Positions 8,516 through 18,874 of a stretch of DNA of 64,000 bases are shown here, piece by piece (position 1 is the first letter of the stretch; every line of letters begins with the position of its first letter). This DNA is from Candidatus Zixiibacteriota bacterium (lineage in GTDB: Bacteria > RBG-13-66-14 > B26-G2 > WVWN01), in the NCBI GenBank assembly GCA_050117845.1, contig JASFLY010000002.1, positions 64,001 through 128,000 of the forward strand. Reading direction: 5' to 3'. The position numbers were made by a program, and so were the translations under genes. Under the pieces are notes generated by a model. The model made no database searches. It was not told the origin of the DNA and was given only the letters and a program-made list of their open reading frames with translations.

Positions 8516-10723
8516 CTAGCGACCCCGCCCGAAATACTGTTCCAGCTTCGGTTCCGCGGCTACCTGCTCCTCGAAGAAACGCCCGGCCCGACGGCCGTCG
8601 CCGGCCTCCAGGGCCTCCTTAACGGCCGAGGCCACCTCGGCCAACGAATCGTCGTTATGGTTGCGGGCAGCGCCCAGCGCCTCCGCAAAATAGGACAACT
8701 GCTCGCCGCCCTCGGACAACAGGCCCAACTCCACCAGGACCATCGCCATGTGGTACCGGCTGCCCATCTGCTGGAAGATGGCGAGGCTGTTTTTGAAGTT
8801 GATAATGGCGTCGTGGACCAGGCCCTGCTGGGCCGCGGCCACGCCCAGGTCCGCCAGGACCTGCGCCACGCGGTACTGGTCACCCAGGTCCTCGAAGACG
8901 GCCAGCGCGCGTTTGTGCCGCCGCGTCGCTTCCGCGAGAAGGTCCGCGGCCTCCTCCGCCGCGCCGGCGTCGCCGGTCCAGCGGCTCTCGGCGAAGAGGC
9001 ACAGGCCGAAGCGGTTCTCGGCCACCGCGGTCTCCGCGGCATCGTCGCTCGCTTCCAGCGCCTGCTGGCACAGCGTCTTGGCCTGGGCCAACGCCCGGCG
9101 CGCCGACGTTTCTTCCCCGGCGCGCATCAGCTCCTCGGCCTCGAGGCGCCGCGTGATGGCGTGATTGGAAAGCGTGCTAGCAAGCCAGGGGCGGGCGGCC
9201 GGGCCGGCGGCCCGGCGGTCGGCCAGAGCCCCCAGTACGGCCGCGGCCTGTTTGTATTCCTGCTTCGCCCGGGTGAACTCGCGCCGGAGTCGGAAGGTCG
9301 TCCCCAGGCTGGAATGGGCGACGCCGGCGCCCAGCTCCTCGCCGTGGGCCGCGAACTCCTCGTTGGCCAGGACGTAATAATCCACCGCCCGGTCCCAGCG
9401 GCCCTGATGCCGGCATACGTGGCCCAAATCCAGGTACAGGTAACCGAGGTCGGCGGACCCGCCCTCGGCCTCCTCCTCCGCTAAAACGACGGCGGAGCCA
9501 TAGTAATCCGCGGCTTCGGCCAGCCGGCCTTGCAGGCGGGTGAGGTGGCCCAACAACCGCCGGACGTAGATGCGGAGGCGCGTGCCGCCGGGCAAAGAGG
9601 TCCCGGCCGCGAACGGCGTCAACTCCCCGTCGAGGCGACGGAGCGCCTCTTCCGCCCGGCCGAGGCGGTTGCGGCCGTAATCGGCCGCCGCTTCGAAATA
9701 GTCCGCCCAGAACGATATCGCCCGGACGTCGCCTTCGAGGGATTTTACTATCTCCCAGTCGGCGTCGGCCAGGTCCAGGTCCCGGGCGTGGAAGTACTCC
9801 TCCACCTCGCCGGGGGAAAAGGGCCCGAGCCCGAGCGTCTTCACTTTCGTGGCGGCGGGAAGGGAGGGGGGCCGGCCGGGCCGGACCGTCAACACCAGCA
9901 TCAACTTCCGCCCCTGGGACGCGGCCTCGTGCAAACGTTCGATGAAAGCGCCGATCCAGTAGCCGACCGTGGCGCCGACGTCGTGGAAATCGTCCAGGAA
10001 GACGACGTTTCGCCGGCCGTCCTTGGAACCGGCGGCCCGCCAGCCGGCCAGGAACTCCTCCGTAAGGAGTTTCTCGGCCTCGCGGTACATATATTTTTCG
10101 GCGTAGGTGAGTTCGGCGCGGCCGGGCCCGGCGGCCTCGGCGCCGGCGCCGGCGACGTGCAGGCTGAACGGGTCCTGAAAACGGCCTCGCAGGCGGCCCT
10201 CTATCGCCTCGCACTGCTCGTATATCTCGTCGAACGAGCGGTACCCGCCGCGGCGGGACGCGAACGCGTCGCGTAGGTCCTTGAGGAACGCGCGGTAGGA
10301 GGTCAACCGGCGGCTGTCGAAATAAATATAGGGGACGCGGCCTTCGCGGCAGGCCGGGACGAATTTCTCGTTGATGAGCGCCGTCTTGCCCGAGCCGGGG
10401 GTCCCGGTGACGACCAGCACGTCGACGTCGCTCGAAAGGGACTCCTCGAAGGCGGCGGCCTCGCGTTCCCGGCCCACGAATACGGCCGGCGCCTTGGCCT
10501 CGGGCCCCGGGAAGTACATCGCGAGCAGCTCCGCGACCTCGACCCCCAACGCCTGGGCCAGGCTCTCTATGGTCCGGGCCGACGGAAATTTGTAGTCCCG
10601 CTCGAGTTGGGATATATAGGAGTCGTCGACCCGGGCGAGCTCGGCCAGTTCCTTTTGGGTAAGGCCCCGGGCCATCCTCTTTTCCCGAAGGACTTTACCG
10701 AAGGTTATTTTTTTACCTTCCAT
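8516..10723 (-). CDS. XRE helix-turn-helix / P-loop ATPase / TPR transcriptional regulator
   Basis: N-terminal LTQKELAELARVDDSYISQLER; FVGRERE plus Walker A GTPGSGKT; Walker B VVFLDDFH; C-terminal TPR-like helices. Confidence 0.8.
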   Translation of the reverse strand: MEGKKITFGKVLREKRMARGLTQKELAELARVDDSYISQLERDYKFPSARTIESLAQALGVEVAELLAMYFPGPEAKAPAVFVGREREAAAFEESLSSDVDVLVVTGTPGSGKTALINEKFVPACREGRVPYIYFDSRRLTSYRAFLKDLRDAFASRRGGYRSFDEIYEQCEAIEGRLRGRFQDPFSLHVAGAGAEAAGPGRAELTYAEKYMYREAEKLLTEEFLAGWRAAGSKDGRRNVVFLDDFHDVGATVGYWIGAFIERLHEAASQGRKLMLVLTVRPGRPPSLPAATKVKTLGLGPFSPGEVEEYFHARDLDLADADWEIVKSLEGDVRAISFWADYFEAAADYGRNRLGRAEEALRRLDGELTPFAAGTSLPGGTRLRIYVRRLLGHLTRLQGRLAEAADYYGSAVVLAEEEAEGGSADLGYLYLDLGHVCRHQGRWDRAVDYYVLANEEFAAHGEELGAGVAHSSLGTTFRLRREFTRAKQEYKQAAAVLGALADRRAAGPAARPWLASTLSNHAITRRLEAEELMRAGEETSARRALAQAKTLCQQALEASDDAAETAVAENRFGLCLFAESRWTGDAGAAEEAADLLAEATRRHKRALAVFEDLGDQYRVAQVLADLGVAAAQQGLVHDAIINFKNSLAIFQQMGSRYHMAMVLVELGLLSEGGEQLSYFAEALGAARNHNDDSLAEVASAVKEALEAGDGRRAGRFFEEQVAAEPKLEQYFGRGR

Positions 10724-10740
10724 CCGGTTCCGTGTCGAAA

Positions 10741-10925
10741 TGGCGAGTAATCAAAGGCCGGTTTCCAATTAATAGTTGATTAAATCGTATAAATGTGATA
10801 GCATTCGCGTTACAATACGATTCTAGCAGCCGGAGATATTTACTAACGCGACCGCGTTGTTTACTGATAGTAAGATAGCAGAATATTTACTCCAAGTCAA
10901 ATATTTTTTGATAACAAATAATCGT
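10741..10925. promoter_or_regulatory. AT-rich divergent promoter region between the XRE regulator/glm operon and murE, with inverted repeat
   Basis: Sharp AT enrichment; AATCGTAT (10783-10790) and ATACGATT (10815-10822) are reverse complements. Confidence 0.5.
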
Positions 10926-12425
10926 TTGAAGTTAAAGGCCTTACTGGCCGAGGTCCCGCACGAGGGAATACGGGGCGAGGCCGACCCGGAAATTAGCGCC
11001 GTTACGTACGATTCCCGGCAGGTAACGCCGGGGTCCTTGTTCGTAGCCGTGCGCGGCCTGCGAGCCGACGGCCACGCGTATCTGGACGAGGCCGAAGCCG
11101 CCGGCGCCGCCGCCGCCCTGGTGGAGGAGTATTCCCCGGCGGAATTGGCGTTGGCGCAGGTTTTGGTCGCCGACTCCCGGCGTGCGATGGCCCAGGCTGC
11201 CGCCGTTTTCTACGGCCACCCGGGCCGCGAAATCCCGGTGATAGGCGTTACCGGGACCAACGGCAAGACCACCGTCTCCTTCCTGCTCGAGGCGATATTC
11301 CACGCCGCCGGCAAGAAGACGGCGCTAATGACAACCGTAAAAAACGCCCTCGGCGGCGAGGACCGGCCGGCCCGTTTGACCACCGGCGAAGCCCCCGAAG
11401 TCCAGGCGCTATTGCGCGAGGCCGCGGACGCCGGGGCCGCCGTCGCGGTGGTGGAAGTATCGTCGCACGCGCTGACCCTCTCCCGCGTCGCCGGGATGCC
11501 GTTCGCCGCGGCCGTGTTCACCAACCTGAGTCACGACCACCTCGACCTGCACGGCGACATGGACTCGTACTTCGCGGCCAAGGCGAGCCTGTTCGAGGAA
11601 CTCGCGCCGGCCTCGCCGGCGATAATCAACGCGGACGACCCGTACGGCCGGAAGCTGGCCGCCCGTTCTTCGGGCCGCGTCGTTACGTACGGCGTGGACG
11701 CGAAGGACGCGGATTACCGGGCGGAGGGCGTTTCGGCCGGGTGGTCGGGGTCGACGTTTACCGTTGCGGCCCCGGACGGTTCGGCCACGGCGATAACGTC
11801 GCCGCTGGCGGGTTCCTTCAACGTCGGCAATTGCCTAGCGGCCTTCGCCGCGGCCCGGGAGCTGGGCGTCCCGGCCGAAGCGGCCGCGAAGGGCCTTGCG
11901 GAGACGGCGGCGGTGCCCGGCCGCCTCGAGGCCGTCGCGGTCAACGACGACCTTCGGGTGGTAATCGATTACGCCCACTCGCCCGATAGTATGGAGAAGG
12001 TGCTGGGCGAGATTCGGCGCCTCCCGGAGCATCGGCTGGTCGTGGTCTTCGGCTGCACCGGCGACCGCGACGTCGAGAAAAGGCCGACTATGGGCGAGAT
12101 CGCCGGCCGCTACGGCGATTACGTCGTCGTGACCACCGACGACCCGTACTACGAGGACCCGGCGGCCATCGCCCGGGGCGTCGAAGAGGGCCTGCGGGCG
12201 GCGGGAGCGGCGGACGAGTACACGGTCATCCTGGACCGGAGCGAGGCGGTACGCCACGCCCTCGCCTCCGCCCGGCCCGGCGAGCCCACGGTAATAGCGC
12301 TCCTGGGGAAAGGGCACGAGGATATTCAGAAGGTCCGGGGGCGAAACGTTCCGTACAACGACCGCAAGACCGTGGAGCGGCTGGCGGAAGAGCTGGGCCT
12401 TACGGACCGCGGGAGGGTCGAATAG
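10926..12425 (+). CDS. murE: UDP-N-acetylmuramoyl-L-alanyl-D-glutamate--2,6-diaminopimelate ligase (Mur ligase E)
   Basis: DSRQV, GVTGTNGKTT, EVSSH, FTNLSHDHLD, DYAHSPD, GKGHE; start placed at TTG 10926 (MKLKALL). Confidence 0.92.
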   Translation: MKLKALLAEVPHEGIRGEADPEISAVTYDSRQVTPGSLFVAVRGLRADGHAYLDEAEAAGAAAALVEEYSPAELALAQVLVADSRRAMAQAAAVFYGHPGREIPVIGVTGTNGKTTVSFLLEAIFHAAGKKTALMTTVKNALGGEDRPARLTTGEAPEVQALLREAADAGAAVAVVEVSSHALTLSRVAGMPFAAAVFTNLSHDHLDLHGDMDSYFAAKASLFEELAPASPAIINADDPYGRKLAARSSGRVVTYGVDAKDADYRAEGVSAGWSGSTFTVAAPDGSATAITSPLAGSFNVGNCLAAFAAARELGVPAEAAAKGLAETAAVPGRLEAVAVNDDLRVVIDYAHSPDSMEKVLGEIRRLPEHRLVVVFGCTGDRDVEKRPTMGEIAGRYGDYVVVTTDDPYYEDPAAIARGVEEGLRAAGAADEYTVILDRSEAVRHALASARPGEPTVIALLGKGHEDIQKVRGRNVPYNDRKTVERLAEELGLTDRGRVE

Positions 12426-12429
12426 GATT

Positions 12430-13215
12430 ATGGCTCCCAACGGCGAAAACGGCTACGATAAAATAGTCGCCACCGACGTCTTCAAGTCGTTCGGCGCCAA
12501 GAAGGTGCTTACCGGCCTCAACCTGACGGTTCAGGACGGCGACACGCTCGTTATCATAGGCCGGTCGGGGTGCGGCAAGTCGGTCTTCTTGAAACACATT
12601 ATCGGCCTCGTTCGGCCCGACTCGGGCACCATCGAGGTCGACGACTGCGAGGTATCGACGGCGAAGGGCCGGACGCTGAACGAGCTGCGGCGCAAGTTCG
12701 GCATGGTCTTCCAGGGGGCCGCGCTCTTCGATTCGCTGTCGGTGGGCCGCAACGTCGGCTTCTATCTTTACGAGTATTCGGACCTCTCCGACGCCGACAT
12801 CGCGGACGTAGTGGAGGACAAGCTTCGCCTGGTGGGCCTTGAGAACGTGTCCCACCTCAAACCGGCGGAGCTTTCGGGCGGCATGAAAAAACGCGTGAGC
12901 CTGGCCCGGGCCATCGCCCACGACCCGGAGATAGTGCTGTACGACGAGCCCACCACCGGCCTCGACCCCATCATGTCCGACGTCATCAACGACCTGATAA
13001 TAAAACTCGACGAACAGCTCGACGTCACGAGCGTGGCCGTGACGCACGACATGGCGAGCGCCTACAAAATCGCGGATAAAATCGCCATGATGTACGGCGG
13101 AAAAATCATCGCCTCCGGCAAGCCGGAGGAAATAAAGAACTCGGACGACGAATTCGTCCGGCAATTCATCGAGGGTAGCGCGGAAGGCCCCATCGACGTG
13201 ATAGGCGGTGCCTAA
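12430..13215 (+). CDS. mlaF: MlaF/Mkl-type ABC transporter ATP-binding protein
   Basis: GRSGCGKS, FQGAALFDS, LSGGMKKRV, DEPTTGLDP; adjacent to MCE gene. Confidence 0.88.
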   Translation: MAPNGENGYDKIVATDVFKSFGAKKVLTGLNLTVQDGDTLVIIGRSGCGKSVFLKHIIGLVRPDSGTIEVDDCEVSTAKGRTLNELRRKFGMVFQGAALFDSLSVGRNVGFYLYEYSDLSDADIADVVEDKLRLVGLENVSHLKPAELSGGMKKRVSLARAIAHDPEIVLYDEPTTGLDPIMSDVINDLIIKLDEQLDVTSVAVTHDMASAYKIADKIAMMYGGKIIASGKPEEIKNSDDEFVRQFIEGSAEGPIDVIGGA

Positions 13216-14082
13216 ATGGAAAAGATATCCAACGAAATAAAAGTCGGGATTCTGGTCTTTGCGGCACTTATCCTCTTGTCCATTCTCGTATTCGGCGTGG
13301 GCGAGATCCGTATTTTCGAACGAGGCCACCGTTATAACGTAATCTTCGATTCCTCGGCGGGCCTCAATCCCGGGGCCCACGTCCGTATGGGCGGCGTCAA
13401 GGTCGGCTCGGTCGACGACGTCGACTTCATCGACCACAAAGGCAAGCGCCGCGTCGTCGTTACGCTGCTCGTCCGCAAGGACCTCGTCGTCCACGAGGAA
13501 GACCGGTTCAAGATAACGATGATCGGCCTTTTGGGCGACAACTACGTCGAAATCGAACCCGGCCCCTCCAAGGCCCGCGTCATCGAACCCGGCTCCACCA
13601 TCGAGGGAGCCGAGGTCATCGGCATGGACGAGATGTTCAAGCAGGTCCAGGACGGCCTGGGCGCCATCAACGAGATGCTGGACGAACCGACGGTCGCGTC
13701 CTTTAAGGAAACGGTGCACAACACCGAGGAGATGTCCGAGGACCTGGCCTTCATCCTCGACACGAGCCGCGAGGACGTCACCATTACCCTCTCCAACCTG
13801 CGTTCGATGAGTTACCGCCTCGACTACATGATCGCCCGCAACGAGGACAACTTCGACGTAACCATGGACAACCTCTCGGTCATGTCCGACGACCTCAAGT
13901 ACACGGCGACGTCGCTACGGGGAGTCGCGGAGGGCCTGGAGGCCGGCGAGGGCACGGCCGGCAAATTGCTCAAGGACGATAAATTATACACCGACCTGGT
14001 CGACACCACGGCCGAAGCCAAGGGCTTGATAGAGGACGTTAAGGAACGCCCCGGCCGTTACATACACTTATCCATCTTTTAA
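13216..14082 (+). CDS. mlaD: MlaD/MCE family protein
   Basis: EIKVG plus TM helix, AGLNPGAHVRMGGVKVGSV, GLLGDNYVEIEPG, GTAGKLLKD, PGRYIHLSIF. Confidence 0.88.
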   Translation: MEKISNEIKVGILVFAALILLSILVFGVGEIRIFERGHRYNVIFDSSAGLNPGAHVRMGGVKVGSVDDVDFIDHKGKRRVVVTLLVRKDLVVHEEDRFKITMIGLLGDNYVEIEPGPSKARVIEPGSTIEGAEVIGMDEMFKQVQDGLGAINEMLDEPTVASFKETVHNTEEMSEDLAFILDTSREDVTITLSNLRSMSYRLDYMIARNEDNFDVTMDNLSVMSDDLKYTATSLRGVAEGLEAGEGTAGKLLKDDKLYTDLVDTTAEAKGLIEDVKERPGRYIHLSIF

Positions 14083-14122
14083 TTATCGAGGGCCACGAGC
14101 CCTCCCAAGGTAGGAAAACAAT

Positions 14123-16318
14123 ATGACCACAGGATTCGACATAGAGACGGGCGGGAGAAACGTCCGTTACGAAACCGGAAAAGTAGCCAAACTGGCCGAC
14201 GGGGCCTGCACCGTTACGTGCGGCGGCTCCGTCGTACTCGCAACCTTCTGCAACACCGAAGAACCCAGACCCGGCATCGACTGGCTCCCGCTGATGGTCG
14301 AATACCGCGAGAAAACGTACGCCGCCGGGAAAATACCCGGCGGGTTCTTCAAACGAGAGGGGCGCCCCTCCGAAAAGGAGACCGTGACGGCGCGCCTCAT
14401 CGACCGGCCCATCAGGCCGCTGTTCGACGCCTATATCCGCAACGACCTACAAATCATCACCACCGCCCTGTCCGCGGACCAGGAAAACGACACCGACGTA
14501 CTAGCCCTCAACGGCGCCTCGCTCGCCGTCTCGCTGTCGGCGATGCCGTGGTACGGCCCCGTCGGCGCCGTGCGCGTGGGCCTGGACAACGGAAATTACG
14601 TCATCAACCCGTCCGTCCCCGATATGGAGACGAGCCGCCTCGACCTCATCGTCGTCAGCACCACGGATAAAATCGTGATGATGGCCGGCTCCGGGGCCGA
14701 GTTGACGGAGGACGAGATGATGGGCGCCGTGGAAGCCGGGTTCGCCGAGGCCAGCAAGACGGCCCAGGCCATCGCCGACTTCACGCGGCACGTAAACAAG
14801 ATGACCATACCCCCGCCCGAGCGCGACGCGGCGTTCGAAGCCGATGTCAAGGGCTTCATGGAAGGCCACGTTCGCCCCATTATCGACATCCAGGAAAAGA
14901 TCCCCCGGCGACACGCCCGGACCGAACTGGTGGAGAAAACGTACGCGAAATTCGACGCCGAGGACGAGGACGCGGCCGACAAGCAGAAAGCCATCAACAC
15001 CTTCCTCGAGGAACTCGAGGAGGCCGAAATACGGCGTATGGCCTTCGAGGACGGCACCCGCCAGGACGGCCGGGGCTTCGACGAACTCAGGCCCATCGAC
15101 ATCGAGGTTTCGGTTCTGCCCCGGGCCCACGGCTCGGCCATATTCACGCGGGGCCAGACCCAGGCGTTGGTGGCGACGACGCTCGGAACGGTCTCCGACG
15201 AACAGCGCATAGACGACCTGTTGGGCGACCGGACCAAAGCCTTCATGCTTCACTACAACTTTCCCCCGTTCTCGGTGGGAGAGGTCAAACCGATTCGCGG
15301 AGCCGGGCGGCGGGAGATAGGCCACGGCCAACTCGCCGAGACTTCGCTCCAACGCATCCTCCCGGGCGAAGACGACTTCCCGTACACCGTGCGCGTGGTT
15401 TCCGACATATTGGAGTCGAACGGCTCCTCGTCCATGGCCTCGGTATGCGGCGCGAGCCTCTCGCTCATGGACGCCGGCGTCCCGGTCAAGAACGCCGTGG
15501 CCGGCATATCCATCGGCCTTATCTCGGGCGACGAGCGCAACATCCTTCTCACCGACATCCAGGGCCTCGAGGACCACTACGGCGACATGGACTTCAAAGT
15601 CGCCGGCACGCGCGACGGCGTCACCGCGGTCCAGCTCGACATGAAGGTCCGCGGCCTGACGCTCGACGTCATCCGGGAAACCTTCGCCCAGGCGAGGGAA
15701 GCCCGTTTCGCCATCCTCGACCGTATGGACAGCGTCATCGCCAAACCGCGGCCCGAGCTCTCGCCTTACGCGCCCCGGATACTTATAACCTTCATCGACG
15801 TCGAAAAAATCGGAACCGTCATCGGCCCGGGCGGCAAGATGGTCCGCCGCATCATCGCCGAGACCGGCGCTTCCATCGACATCGAGGACGACGGCAAGGT
15901 CACCATCGCCTCGCCCGACGAGGAAGCCGCCCGCAAGGCCCTCGAGATGGTCAAAACGCTGGTCACCGACCCCGAGGTCGGCGCGGTCTTCAAGGGGAAA
16001 GTCGTCCGGATTATGAAGTTCGGCGCCTTCGTCGAAATCCTCCCCGGCGTCGACGGCATGATACACATCTCCGACCTGGAACACCATCGCGTTAATAAGG
16101 TCGAGGACGTCGTGAATATCGGCGACGAGGTCGAGGTTAAGGTTATAGAAATTGACGATATGGGTCGTGTCAACCTGAGCCGCAAGGCCTTGCTGCCGGG
16201 AGGCCCCCCGGAAGGATCCGAGCGTTCGGAACGCTCCTCCCGCGACGGCCGCCCGCCCCGGAGACGAAATGACCGACGCTCCTCAGGCGAACGCCGTAAT
16301 AAAAAAGACCGCCGCTAA
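14123..16318 (+). CDS. pnp: Polyribonucleotide nucleotidyltransferase (PNPase)
   Basis: GKIPGGFFKREG, RRQ/RQDGR, HGSAIFTRGQTQ, SNGSSSMASVC, GDMDFKVAG, KH and S1 domains. Confidence 0.98.
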   Translation: MTTGFDIETGGRNVRYETGKVAKLADGACTVTCGGSVVLATFCNTEEPRPGIDWLPLMVEYREKTYAAGKIPGGFFKREGRPSEKETVTARLIDRPIRPLFDAYIRNDLQIITTALSADQENDTDVLALNGASLAVSLSAMPWYGPVGAVRVGLDNGNYVINPSVPDMETSRLDLIVVSTTDKIVMMAGSGAELTEDEMMGAVEAGFAEASKTAQAIADFTRHVNKMTIPPPERDAAFEADVKGFMEGHVRPIIDIQEKIPRRHARTELVEKTYAKFDAEDEDAADKQKAINTFLEELEEAEIRRMAFEDGTRQDGRGFDELRPIDIEVSVLPRAHGSAIFTRGQTQALVATTLGTVSDEQRIDDLLGDRTKAFMLHYNFPPFSVGEVKPIRGAGRREIGHGQLAETSLQRILPGEDDFPYTVRVVSDILESNGSSSMASVCGASLSLMDAGVPVKNAVAGISIGLISGDERNILLTDIQGLEDHYGDMDFKVAGTRDGVTAVQLDMKVRGLTLDVIRETFAQAREARFAILDRMDSVIAKPRPELSPYAPRILITFIDVEKIGTVIGPGGKMVRRIIAETGASIDIEDDGKVTIASPDEEAARKALEMVKTLVTDPEVGAVFKGKVVRIMKFGAFVEILPGVDGMIHISDLEHHRVNKVEDVVNIGDEVEVKVIEIDDMGRVNLSRKALLPGGPPEGSERSERSSRDGRPPRRRNDRRSSGERRNKKDRR

Positions 16319-17531
16319 CGGCATACGCGTCGTCTGCGAATACATACCCACCGTCCGCTCCGTCGCGGCCGGTGTCTGGTGCGCCGCCGGCGTCGTTGAC
16401 GAGCCTCCGGGCCTCAACGGCATCTCCCACCTGATAGAACACATGTTCTTCAAGGGAACCGAGCGGCGCACCGCCGCCGAAATCGCCGCCGAGGTGGACA
16501 GCATCGGCGGCGCGCTCGACGCTTTCACCGAGAAGGAGAACATCTCCTTTTTCGCCCACGTCCTGTACGAGCATCTCCCGCTCGCGCTGGACGTTCTTTC
16601 CGATATCGTCCTTAAATCCACGTTCCCCCCGGACGAATTCAACAAAGAGAAAAAGGTCCTCGCCGAGGAAATCCGTCTCTACGAGGACTCTCCGGACGAG
16701 AAAATCCACGACCTGGTGATGGGCATAATCCAGCCGGGCGAGGCCATCGGTATGCCCATCCTCGGGTCCTTCGACACTATCAAAGCCATAAGCCGCGACG
16801 ACGCGATGGCCTACCGCCGTCGGACCTTCACTACCGACCGTATCGTCATCGGCGCCGCCGGGTACGTGGACCCGGAGGAGTTCACGGCGATGGTCGAGGA
16901 GTACTTCGACGAACTACCGACCGACGGCGACGCGGCCGACGGACCCGCGGGGACTTCGCCCGCTCCCCCGGCGGCTTACGTCAAGGATACCGAACAGACG
17001 CACCTGTGCCTTGCCGTCCCCGGTCTCCCCTACGGCCACGCCGACCGCTACGGCCTCGCGGCCTTAACGACCATCCTGGGCGGCAACGCCTCCAGTCGGC
17101 TCTTCCAGAAGGTACGCGAAGACCGCGGCCTGGCCTACTCCGTTTACGCGTACGGCCGGGGTTTCCACCACGCCGGCGCCCTGGTTGCGTACGCCGGCAC
17201 GAGCCCCGGCTCGGCCGTCGAGACGCGCGACATTATCCTGGAGCAAATGCGGGACCTCGCCACGAATAAGGTCGCGGAAGACGAGCTTAACCGCACCCGC
17301 GATTACCTCAAGGGCACGCTGATGCTGGCGATAGAGTCGACCGCGGCCCGGATGGGCCGCAACGTTCGGCACGAAATCTACATGGGCCGACACGTATCGC
17401 TGGAGGAGACGCTGGCCGGCGTCGACGCCGTCTCGGCCGAGGACGTCCTTCGCCTCGCCGCCCGGTTCTTTTCGCAACCCCCGGCGGTCGTGGCCATCGG
17501 CCCCAACGCGGATACCGTTACTAATATTTAG
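16269..17531 (+). CDS. M16 (pitrilysin) family zinc peptidase
   Basis: Inverted zincin HLIEHMFFKGT, SSRLFQKVREDRGLAYSV; usual position after pnp. Confidence 0.92.
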   Translation: MTDAPQANAVIKKTAANGIRVVCEYIPTVRSVAAGVWCAAGVVDEPPGLNGISHLIEHMFFKGTERRTAAEIAAEVDSIGGALDAFTEKENISFFAHVLYEHLPLALDVLSDIVLKSTFPPDEFNKEKKVLAEEIRLYEDSPDEKIHDLVMGIIQPGEAIGMPILGSFDTIKAISRDDAMAYRRRTFTTDRIVIGAAGYVDPEEFTAMVEEYFDELPTDGDAADGPAGTSPAPPAAYVKDTEQTHLCLAVPGLPYGHADRYGLAALTTILGGNASSRLFQKVREDRGLAYSVYAYGRGFHHAGALVAYAGTSPGSAVETRDIILEQMRDLATNKVAEDELNRTRDYLKGTLMLAIESTAARMGRNVRHEIYMGRHVSLEETLAGVDAVSAEDVLRLAARFFSQPPAVVAIGPNADTVTNI

Positions 17532-17532
17532 C

Positions 17533-18867
17533 GTGGATTTCCGGCACTCCCCATCCCGCGGCCCGCGCCGGGGCCCCCGCGTCCTCCGGCCATCGGGCCG
17601 GGCGGCCGCGTTGCGTGGCGCGGCCTGCGCGTTCGCCCTCGCGGCGGCGGCCCGGCCGGGCCCCGGCCTTGCCGAAAACGACGCTCCTCCCACAATCGTC
17701 GTCAAGGAAATTCGCACCCACGGCAACTTCAAAACGTCCCGCGGCGTCATCCTTCACTACTGCGAATTCGAGCCGGGCGACGTTATGACCCAGGAAGAAC
17801 TCGACGTTAAACTCCGGCGAACCCGGCGCAACCTCGAGAATACGCAGTTCTTCTCCCGTCTCAACGTCTTCGACCTGCCACGCAGCAACCCCGACGAGGC
17901 CGTCATCATGATCGACATGGCGGAAGGCACGGACTGGCACTTCAGCGCCTCGACCTGGCAGGCCGAACTCAGCAAGGAGAACATCGGCGGCGACGCCGTT
18001 ACCGCCGGCGTCGAGTTCGGCCTCGACCGCCAACGCCTGTTCTACGAACAGCCCTGGATTTTCGATTCCCGTTTCTTCGTCGCCGCGGCGGGATTCTTCG
18101 AAAACGGCCACCGAACGCCTTTGGAAAACGACACCGGGTACGGCGGCGAATGGTTCTTCCACGAGGCCGCGGGCGGCGAGGGCGAACTGGCGTACCTGAT
18201 AACACTCCGCACCAAGACCGGCATCGGCGTTCTGGGAGAATACGCGAACTATTACGACGTCCGAATCAAGTCAGACCCCGAAGGCCGGTACGGCATAAAG
18301 GACGAAGCCACCCTCATCGCGGCGCGGCCCTACGTCGAATGGGACGCCCGGGACAACGACCGCTACCCGACGAAGGGCGGGTTCTTCCTCGTGAAGAGTG
18401 AACTCTCGTCGCCGAAGGTGGGCGACTACGACTACGCCCTAGTCGAAGGGGACGTTCGGGGTTACGTGTCGCCTTGGGGCGAGTTCGTAATCGCGGAGCG
18501 GGTGCGCGGCGGCGTGGCCACGGAGTATACGCCGTACATCCGACGCATATCCATCCGTGGCGCCGACGGCCTGCGCAACGTCGCCTCCACCCGTACCATC
18601 GGAACGCGGGCCCTACTCTTCACCACGGAGTTCCGGCGCCGCCTCTTCAAGTCGCCTATATTCGACGCCTGGTTCGAGGGGGTCGTGTTCTGCGACGCGG
18701 GCCGCGCCTGGGACCCCGGCCAGCCCGTCCGCATGGAGGGATTCGATTACGCCTTCGGCCCGGGTATCCGCATCCATATGCGGAGCCCTTTCTTCTTCGA
18801 CTGGCGCGCGGAACTAAACGTCAACGAAGAATTATCTTTCTACGCCACGGCCCGCCGGGCGTTTTAA
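17533..18867 (+). CDS. Omp85 (BamA/TamA-like) outer-membrane protein with a single POTRA domain
   Basis: POTRA-like IRTHGNFKTSRGVI...LENTQFF; DARDNDRYPTKG; FCDAGRAW; terminal Phe. Confidence 0.75.
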   Translation: MDFRHSPSRGPRRGPRVLRPSGRAAALRGAACAFALAAAARPGPGLAENDAPPTIVVKEIRTHGNFKTSRGVILHYCEFEPGDVMTQEELDVKLRRTRRNLENTQFFSRLNVFDLPRSNPDEAVIMIDMAEGTDWHFSASTWQAELSKENIGGDAVTAGVEFGLDRQRLFYEQPWIFDSRFFVAAAGFFENGHRTPLENDTGYGGEWFFHEAAGGEGELAYLITLRTKTGIGVLGEYANYYDVRIKSDPEGRYGIKDEATLIAARPYVEWDARDNDRYPTKGGFFLVKSELSSPKVGDYDYALVEGDVRGYVSPWGEFVIAERVRGGVATEYTPYIRRISIRGADGLRNVASTRTIGTRALLFTTEFRRRLFKSPIFDAWFEGVVFCDAGRAWDPGQPVRMEGFDYAFGPGIRIHMRSPFFFDWRAELNVNEELSFYATARRAF

Positions 18868-18874
18868 CCGGATA

